Position numbers and translations under genes: made by a program. The notes beneath the pieces are model-generated. The model made no database searches and was not told the DNA's origin. It saw only the letters and a list, made by a program, of their open reading frames with translations. A DNA stretch of 64,000 bases from a virus: IMG/VR virus record IMGVR_UViG_3300036770_005874, positions 5,073 to 69,072 of that record; one strand, written 5' to 3'. Numbering within the stretch: the stretch's first letter is position 1; each line of letters begins with the position of its first letter. Shown here in pieces: positions 57,731 through 64,000 of this stretch.

Positions 57731-58750
57731 ATGACCACCACCCCATTGCACAAGCAAGTGTTAAGTCGTTATTCCAGTGTACAAGCTTGGCTGGAGCTCT
57801 TGGGTAATCTGGGGCGTGCGCCGGCCACCCTTGACGCCTATGGCCGTGCCCTTGCGCATTACTTATTGCATTGCGAAGGGAGTGGGCTGAAACCCGAATC
57901 CGCGACATTCGAACAAGTCACGCTCTACATCCGTGAGCTGCTACCTGGCGCAAAGAGCGCGGTGGCGAATTCAACCTTGCACCAGCGGCTTACTGCTATC
58001 CGGTTGTGGTACGACCACCTCGTTTTTCAGGGTCTTTGCGAGCACAACCCCGTGCCCCGCGGACAGCATGGTCGGCTGGCCCAAGTGCCTGGACATGGAG
58101 GGTTTGTCAGGGGCTTGCTCCCACGGCTGATTAAGTTGCCAGACATTCCCACCGATGAGCAGTGGCGACACTTTCTCAGTATTGCGGCCAGGTCGTCTAT
58201 CCGTGATCGACTAATGCTGTCGTTGGCGTATTTCGGGGCTCTTCGCCGTGCCGAGTTGGTGGCCTTGCGTATTGAGGATTTAGACGTTGCACACCGACTG
58301 ATCTCGGTGCGAGCGGAAACGACCAAAGGCAAACGCAGCCGCGTCGTGTGCTACAGCCCAGACATTGCACCTGTCTTGATAGAGCATCTACATGCTCTTC
58401 GCGGCGCTGGCTGGATGCGAGGTTCGTTGTTTCGATCAGCATCAGATCGTAATCGAGGCTCGCCACTGTCCCGTTGGGCGTGGAGTAAAACGGTTGAAGG
58501 GTGGGCCAAGGAAGCGAAACTATCGCACCTGAGCACTCATACCTTTCGCCACCTTCGGCTTACCCATCTGGCCCGTGCGGGCTGGAAGCTCCATGAACTG
58601 ACCACGTATGCTGGACATCGAGACCCCAAAACCACTTTGATTTACCTGCACCTATCTGGCGCGGATTTAACCGCAAAGATGGCGCACTCCGTCGGCAGTC
58701 TCGATGCTCGGATGTTCTGTGAACTCTTTGGGTCTGAGGCATTGCTATGA
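57731..58750 (+). CDS. Tyrosine recombinase 1
   Basis: ALRRAEL, TKG, HTFRH, AGH, Y. Confidence 0.92.
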   Translation: MTTTPLHKQVLSRYSSVQAWLELLGNLGRAPATLDAYGRALAHYLLHCEGSGLKPESATFEQVTLYIRELLPGAKSAVANSTLHQRLTAIRLWYDHLVFQGLCEHNPVPRGQHGRLAQVPGHGGFVRGLLPRLIKLPDIPTDEQWRHFLSIAARSSIRDRLMLSLAYFGALRRAELVALRIEDLDVAHRLISVRAETTKGKRSRVVCYSPDIAPVLIEHLHALRGAGWMRGSLFRSASDRNRGSPLSRWAWSKTVEGWAKEAKLSHLSTHTFRHLRLTHLARAGWKLHELTTYAGHRDPKTTLIYLHLSGADLTAKMAHSVGSLDARMFCELFGSEALL

Positions 58751-60912
58751 GCACCCCCTCAGTCACCCCTTATGTTCCGTTCGACGCGAGCAAGTACGTA
58801 CGTCAGAGCGATCTATCGAAAATCGAGCTGAGCATACTTTCGAATCGCTCTCACCGTTCAGACTGGGGCTACCTCCAATCAGAGATACCTGAGCTCATGA
58901 GGCCGCTAGCTGATATAGCGGCGCACAGCGGCGTTTCTCAGCGATTAGCCATTTCATCAGTGGCAGTCATTCTCTGGAATGTCAGCAAAACCGGTAAACC
59001 CTACTGGTGTTGGTCTGAGTCGCAGTGGTTGACCTTGCTCAGTAATCGAGCAGGATCACGACCATATCTCGCTTCCGTTGCTTACCATCTCGGCGATTTT
59101 CGAACCCCGCAGCGTATCGCCAAATTCCGGCAGCCGGCGATATATGCTTCTTTTATCTTCGGCCATGCCGTGTTCAGACATGAGCACGTTCGCTTGAGCC
59201 AAGCGTTGAGATCGCTGGGCTACGCTGCTCGCCATCTTGAGCAGTTCCTTTCCAACGTGCTGGGTGCCTTGATGCTGGAAAACGGCGATCCGCGGTTGGA
59301 GACATTCACCGAGGAACTGCTACTGAAGGGCCAACAGCATCGAAGCGAAGGTGTCGCGAGATCGGTCGGAAAGGTATCTCACGGCCTCGCTGCCATGGGG
59401 ATTTTGGCGAAACCTTTACGCATGCGAGGCTATACCTGTTGGCGGGCGAAAAGCATCGAAGGCATCGATCCGACTTGGGCAATGTGGTGCCGTCGATGGC
59501 GAGACACTTCCACCTTGCGTCCACGCACACGTGAAAGCAATTACAGTTTTATCTTGAGGACCGGTGTCTGGCTAGCGCGCGAGCAATCAGGAATGGCGGC
59601 GCCTACCGATTGGAGCATGTCCACTTGCGCTGCATTTATTGCTGCCGTCGACCGGATGACGGTCGGTGAGTGGGCTTTGGAGTCAGCGAAGGGAACACAG
59701 CTAAAGGGGCTTGGTCAGCCTATCGCTGCCAACTCGAAGCGCGGCTTTCTACATGCCTTGCGACGATTTTTTACAGACTTTGAACTCTGGGGATGGGGTC
59801 GTTTGAAGTTCAGCCCCCGGCATCACCTCGCCACCCCGCGATCCGTGACATTCAACTCGGGTATCAACCCGCGGGTAATTGATGACTCGACCTGGCTCAA
59901 GCTGATTTGGGCGAGTCTAAATCTTGAGCGTAGTGATCTGCTTTCGGAGATTCACTATCCGCTGTCGATGGTTCAAGCCATTGCTGTAGTGTGGACGCAC
60001 GCTGGTTTGCGCAGCAATGAAATCATGCGCTTGGATAAAAGATGCGCGCATCCTCAGACCAATGATGTGGTACACGAGGATGGGACCATCGTTCCAGCAA
60101 AAACTTTATGCTATCTCGATATTCCTGCCAGCAAGACGTTCAAAGCTTTCGTCAAACCTGTAGCGGTGGTCGTGAAGGAGCGCATTGACGCCTGGCTGGA
60201 GGACAGGCCTGCTAACCAGGCCGCTTTGCTGGATGAGCGAACCGGGGAAAAAGTTAGCTACCTATTTCAGTTTCGAGGCAAGCGCATAGGCTCCAGTGTC
60301 ATTAATGGCACCATCATTCCAATGCTATGCGCCAAGGCGGGTGTGCCACTGGAGGACAGTCGCGGGCGAATCACCAGCCACCGGGGACGTGCCTCCGCAG
60401 TGACGGCGCTCGCCAGCGTCCCTCAGGGCATGTCGCTGATCGAGCTAATGCAGTGGTCGGGACATAGCTCGCCGAATTCGACTTTGCATTACATTCGAAT
60501 TCGGCCTACCAAGCTGGCAGCATCCTTCGTTAAAGCCGATCAAATGGCCCATATGGTCTCCGTTTTGATCGATCATGACGTAATTGTTCGCCATTCAGAT
60601 GCCCCCTACACCTTCTATGACTTGGGCGACTCGTATTGTTCAAATCCCTTCTGGAGCAGCTGCCCACATCGCATGGCCTGTGCGGGGTGTGACTTCAACT
60701 TGCCGAAAGCCAGCGCAAGGGCCCAAGCATTGGAAAGCAAATCGTCTATCGGACGGTACTTGGAGGCCGTGCCTTTAACTCCCGACGAGCGAGCCATTGC
60801 CGAGGGCGACTTGGAAAAGCTGGAGAGCCTCATTCGAAAGCTGGACAATGTGCCGGCTCTAGACGGCAGGATGCCGAGGAGATCGATGAGAGAAAGAGGA
60901 GGCTATAAGTAG
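58747..60912 (+). CDS. Large tyrosine recombinase 2 with C-terminal Cys cluster
   Basis: GLRSNEI, SHRGR, WSGH, HY; CPHRMACAGC; ATGA coupling. Confidence 0.9.
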   Translation: MSTPSVTPYVPFDASKYVRQSDLSKIELSILSNRSHRSDWGYLQSEIPELMRPLADIAAHSGVSQRLAISSVAVILWNVSKTGKPYWCWSESQWLTLLSNRAGSRPYLASVAYHLGDFRTPQRIAKFRQPAIYASFIFGHAVFRHEHVRLSQALRSLGYAARHLEQFLSNVLGALMLENGDPRLETFTEELLLKGQQHRSEGVARSVGKVSHGLAAMGILAKPLRMRGYTCWRAKSIEGIDPTWAMWCRRWRDTSTLRPRTRESNYSFILRTGVWLAREQSGMAAPTDWSMSTCAAFIAAVDRMTVGEWALESAKGTQLKGLGQPIAANSKRGFLHALRRFFTDFELWGWGRLKFSPRHHLATPRSVTFNSGINPRVIDDSTWLKLIWASLNLERSDLLSEIHYPLSMVQAIAVVWTHAGLRSNEIMRLDKRCAHPQTNDVVHEDGTIVPAKTLCYLDIPASKTFKAFVKPVAVVVKERIDAWLEDRPANQAALLDERTGEKVSYLFQFRGKRIGSSVINGTIIPMLCAKAGVPLEDSRGRITSHRGRASAVTALASVPQGMSLIELMQWSGHSSPNSTLHYIRIRPTKLAASFVKADQMAHMVSVLIDHDVIVRHSDAPYTFYDLGDSYCSNPFWSSCPHRMACAGCDFNLPKASARAQALESKSSIGRYLEAVPLTPDERAIAEGDLEKLESLIRKLDNVPALDGRMPRRSMRERGGYK

Positions 60913-61056
60913 AAAAGTTCTTAAGCGACTAGTGGCTCGCTAGACATACCTGTCGCGTTACTCCTAAGTTATGCGACACACTAGATTTTTCGGGGTTTTG
61001 CTGGGCTGCGGGTGTCGCAGGAGTGTGCCGCACGTAGATCGAAGTTAAGCCTGATG

Positions 61057-61620
61057 CTAGGCCGGCTCATGCACTAGCCGGATGTCGATTTCTCTGTCGA
61101 CATACTGCCACTCCACCGAGGCTCGGAGTTCGGCCAGAAGCCTGTTAAAGGCCGTCTCATCAGACGGGGAATATTCGAACCAAGTCAAGAAGTCGAAGGG
61201 TTCGTTCTCGCCCAGGTCCCGACAATGGTGGAGGCGGCGGGCCACAGCAGGGAGATATTGGAGCCCGATGTGAATGTGACGGGACTGTTCCTCAAAAATC
61301 TTCCGGCGTTCGTCTTGAGACAGTCCCCACCATGAGGGGTTTTTCCGGATAGGGATCAGGGCGGCGCAGGTAGCCTCTGCTCGACCCAAGCTTGGCTGCT
61401 TCGCCACGAGACGATCCTTCTCTTCACGCACGACATAGCGCTCGTTACTCGTTATCCCGCGAAGGAGCCATTTGGTGCCCGGAGGCTGCGGCGAAACAGA
61501 GCCAGCGGCTACGTTGAGCCGTGGGATTCCAGGGAGAGGGGCTCCTGCCACGGCATTCATCGCAACAACGCGCCAAACCCCCGTTTCTCCACCAGCGAAC
61601 GTAAATACTCGTGTATTCAT
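61057..61620 (-). CDS. cld: Chlorite dismutase (short, lineage II-type)
   Basis: LRGITSNERY, IPIRKNPSWW, HI..G..YLP.VARRL.H, FDFLTWFEY. Confidence 0.9.
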   Translation of the reverse strand: MNTRVFTFAGGETGVWRVVAMNAVAGAPLPGIPRLNVAAGSVSPQPPGTKWLLRGITSNERYVVREEKDRLVAKQPSLGRAEATCAALIPIRKNPSWWGLSQDERRKIFEEQSRHIHIGLQYLPAVARRLHHCRDLGENEPFDFLTWFEYSPSDETAFNRLLAELRASVEWQYVDREIDIRLVHEPA

Positions 61621-61643
61621 CAGGTTCCTCTCAGGCCTTTCGC

Positions 61644-62006
61644 CTATTTCTCAGATAACGCAAAACCTGCACTGCCCGGCGCAACCACGGAGACAAATAT
61701 GAAAGGTCCTGGACCAGAGTTCACGGCACCATGTACTTGCCCAGGTTTTGCAATGGCAATATCTCCAGCTTTAAGATGAATTTCTACGCCGTTGCCTTGA
61801 TAATACTTGGCCTCACCTGAGATAACCGTCCAAGTATCTTGGCCGTGAGGATGGACATGGGCAGCTATTTCCTGCCTAGGGTAGGCGTGCCAAACTACAA
61901 CGACAGAATCGTTGGTCTCCAGAACAACTGAACGGATCGGTTCGCCGTTAGACGGACGGACATATTCGTCCACCGAAAAAATCCGCGATTCCGTTTCTGC
62001 TTTCAT
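61644..62006 (-). CDS. Cupin domain protein
   Basis: AHVHPHGQD...GDIA...GQVHGAVN. Confidence 0.88.
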   Translation of the reverse strand: MKAETESRIFSVDEYVRPSNGEPIRSVVLETNDSVVVVWHAYPRQEIAAHVHPHGQDTWTVISGEAKYYQGNGVEIHLKAGDIAIAKPGQVHGAVNSGPGPFIFVSVVAPGSAGFALSEK

Positions 62007-62514
62007 GTTCACACTCCATTCCTGCACCGCAAGGTGACGTGCATCTGGCACTAACACCAAGACGAAGCCTTGATCTTGATGGGGGCGGAGAAGCTCGACA
62101 CGCCGAACGGCATCATGAAGAGCACTTTCATGCGGCACCAACCATTTCTTTTAACGACACGAGGCTCGTATGCACATGACGATATGTACTTGAGCGCCTT
62201 TCGGAAAAGCTATGTTATAGGACGGAGACCGTCAATACTCCGTCGTGGGTAGGCATGACAGAACGGTAGGATAACGGCGACGTTTTGGTCATATGTACAT
62301 GGGAGGGCGGTTCACCGCTCGGCAGGGGTGTTGTCGATGGACAGGTGTCCGCCTTCGATGTAACAGATCAGCTTTGACCGGTTACTAACAGGATGACCGG
62401 ATGATCCGGTGAGCGACGGCGATCTCCTCAGAAGCTACAGCCATACCGGTTGGGTATGAGAAGCTCCAAGGGCGAGCATGGCCCGGTTCTTATTGACTTT
62501 CTATTACACATAAA

Positions 62515-63550
62515 CGGCGACATGAGCGAGCGAGTGATGACCATCATCGAGAGCCTGGTACCGGCGCTGGAGGTGTACAGCATCGACGAGGCCTTCGCCG
62601 AGCTGACCGGCATCCCTGGCGACCTTGTGCCGCTGGGCCGTGAGATTCGCGCCCAGGTCCTGGCCGGAACCGGCATTCCCACTGGCGTGGGCATCGGCCC
62701 GAGCAAGACGCTGGCGAAGCTGGCCAATTACGCCGCCAAGCGCTGGCAGAGGCAGACGGGTGGGGTAGTGGATATCCGCGACCCGGAGCGCCGCGACAAG
62801 CTGCTGCGCGCGGTGGAGGTCTCCGAGGTGTGGGGCGTGGGCCGGCGGCTGACCGAGAAGCTCGGCGCTATGGGCATCCAGACCGCCTGGGACCTGGCCA
62901 CGGCCGATGCCTGGACCCTGCGCAAGCAGTTCAACGTGGTGCTGGAGAAGACGGCCCGCGAGCTGCGCGGCACCGCCTGTCTGGAGCTGGATGGCGTGGC
63001 GCCGCCGAAGCAGGAGATCTGCTGCAGTCGCTCCTTCGGTTCGCGGTTGCAGCACCTGGAGCCGATCCGGGAGGCGGTGGCCGCCTACGCGGCCCGGGCC
63101 TGCGAGAAGCTGCGCCAGCAAGGTTCCGTGTGCAAGCGCGTGCGCGTGAGCATCCGCACCGGCATGTTCAACCCGGACGAGCCGAAGTTCGCCCGGGGCG
63201 TGCTCTGCGAGCTGCCGCACCCGAGCGACGACACGCGGCTGATCACTCAGGCGGCCCTGGCCGGCCTGGAGCAGATCTACCGCCCCGGCTACTCCTACGC
63301 CAAGGCCCAGGTGCTGCTGCTCGATCTGTACCAGCGCGGCGAGTTCACGGATGACCTCTTCGCTGCGACTCCGCCGGCAGCCGCCGAAAAGGTCATGGCT
63401 GTGTTGGATGCGGTTAATGCGAAGTGGGGGAGAGGGACGCTGAGGCCGGGCATAGTGCCGGTGGCGCCTGAGTGGGGCATGAAGCGGGAGATGCTGAGCC
63501 AGAGCTACACGACTCGGCTGGATCAGCTGTGGCAGGTGCAGGCGAAGTAG
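62515..63550 (+). pseudogene. umuC: umuC/rulB 3' fragment
   Basis: GDMSERVM...YSIDEAF...KTLAKLAN...WGMKREMLSQSYTT. Confidence 0.92.
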
Positions 63551-63553
63551 GCA

Positions 63554-63712
63554 TCAGCGTGCCTGCGGTTTGTTGCTGATTTCGGCGTACCGTTCCTCGG
63601 CCCAGCGCTTCGCGTCACGCACTTTCTTGAGCCGTTCGGCGTCCGTTCCGTCTGATTTTGTGGCGTCGTTGACGCGCGCCATGAAGTCTAGGAGAAGGGT
63701 TTCGATGTCCAT
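63554..63712 (-). CDS. Small hypothetical protein (52 aa)
   Basis: GGAG RBS, MDIETLLLDFMARVND...; read manually. Confidence 0.5.
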   Translation of the reverse strand: MDIETLLLDFMARVNDATKSDGTDAERLKKVRDAKRWAEERYAEISNKPQAR

Positions 63713-63795
63713 TGGTGACTCCAATGCAGATGTTATTGATGTTACGATATGCGGTTATGGAATGGCAGCTTGCTGCTAGCCCAGGCTTCACGGAT

Positions 63796-63817
63796 TAGTA
63801 CATCATGTAGTACATCA
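63796..63817. repeat. Probable integrase arm-type sites
   Basis: Direct repeat TAGTACATCA x2 about 55 bp inside the att core. Confidence 0.6.
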
Positions 63818-63873
63818 GGCTTGGGTTGGTTTGCTGGAGGTCCCATTCTTGTGGTGTTCAAGCTATTAGATGT

Positions 63874-63893
63874 GAGTCTCTCCGTCCGCACCA
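63874..63893 (+). other. Prophage att core: duplicated tRNA 3' end (likely tRNA-Leu)
   Basis: GAGTCTCTCCGTCCGCACCA is a partial T-arm, acceptor strand and CCA with no upstream tRNA body. Confidence 0.75.
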
Positions 63894-64000
63894 TCTTTTT
63901 CTTTCGCTAGCTTCCGATACCTTTCGCGAAACCACTAGCGGCGCGCTCTACAGCGCATTCCCCAAGAGCATATATCTTTCGCAGTCCTTCGCTGCGTTCG

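Larger units (their letters stand above)
57672..62514. mobile_element. Two-tyrosine-recombinase integrative element inserted in umuC
   Basis: Removing it restores CTG TAC GGC GAC ATG (LYGDM); lower GC; two recombinases plus cargo. Confidence 0.88.
1..63893. mobile_element. Temperate podovirus-like prophage (left/integrase end outside window)
   Basis: Contiguous lambdoid early region, head, lysis and short-tail/ejection modules; no tape measure or sheath gene; ends at a tRNA 3'-end duplicate. Confidence 0.95.

Noticed and set aside
62450-62514. Intact 366-aa UmuC starting inside the element
   Set aside because: It lacks the N-terminal catalytic DCNSFY motif, which lies in the 5' fragment at 57430
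63874-63893. Complete tRNA gene at right end
   Set aside because: Only the last ~20 nt are present; recorded as the att core

Overview
Almost the whole window (1 to ~63893) is one temperate podovirus-type prophage. The host is probably Pseudomonas (high GC, RsmA/RsmN homologues, DUF1654, umuDC, tRNA-Leu-type att core). The integrase end lies left of the window. Gene order: early-left operon (DNA cytosine methylase, DEDDh exonuclease, YqaJ/RecT, tRNA-Thr, CsrA); immunity region with morons; cI/cro/cII; replication initiator with iterons; nin genes; terminase, portal and N4-gp56-type capsid; lysis; tail and ejection genes; a ~2980-aa polyvalent protein; then SRAP-umuDC and the att site. umuC is split by a ~4.8 kb two-tyrosine-recombinase element carrying chlorite dismutase and a cupin. 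The most notable unexplained structures are: (1) seven copies of CCCCCTGTAGGGTT, each exactly 22 bp before a -10-like hexamer and heading a late module, in a phage with no recognisable Q and a wHTH gene in the Q slot; (2) an exported moron protein whose C-terminus (NFFDQFD) copies the tandem N-terminal motif (NYFDQFD x2) of the giant protein; (3) apparent overprinted genes inside the giant protein and the methylase; (4) a tRNA-Thr(UGU) with C33; (5) a potentially SOS-coupled excisable element in umuC. All family assignments come from motif recognition by eye, not from database searches.
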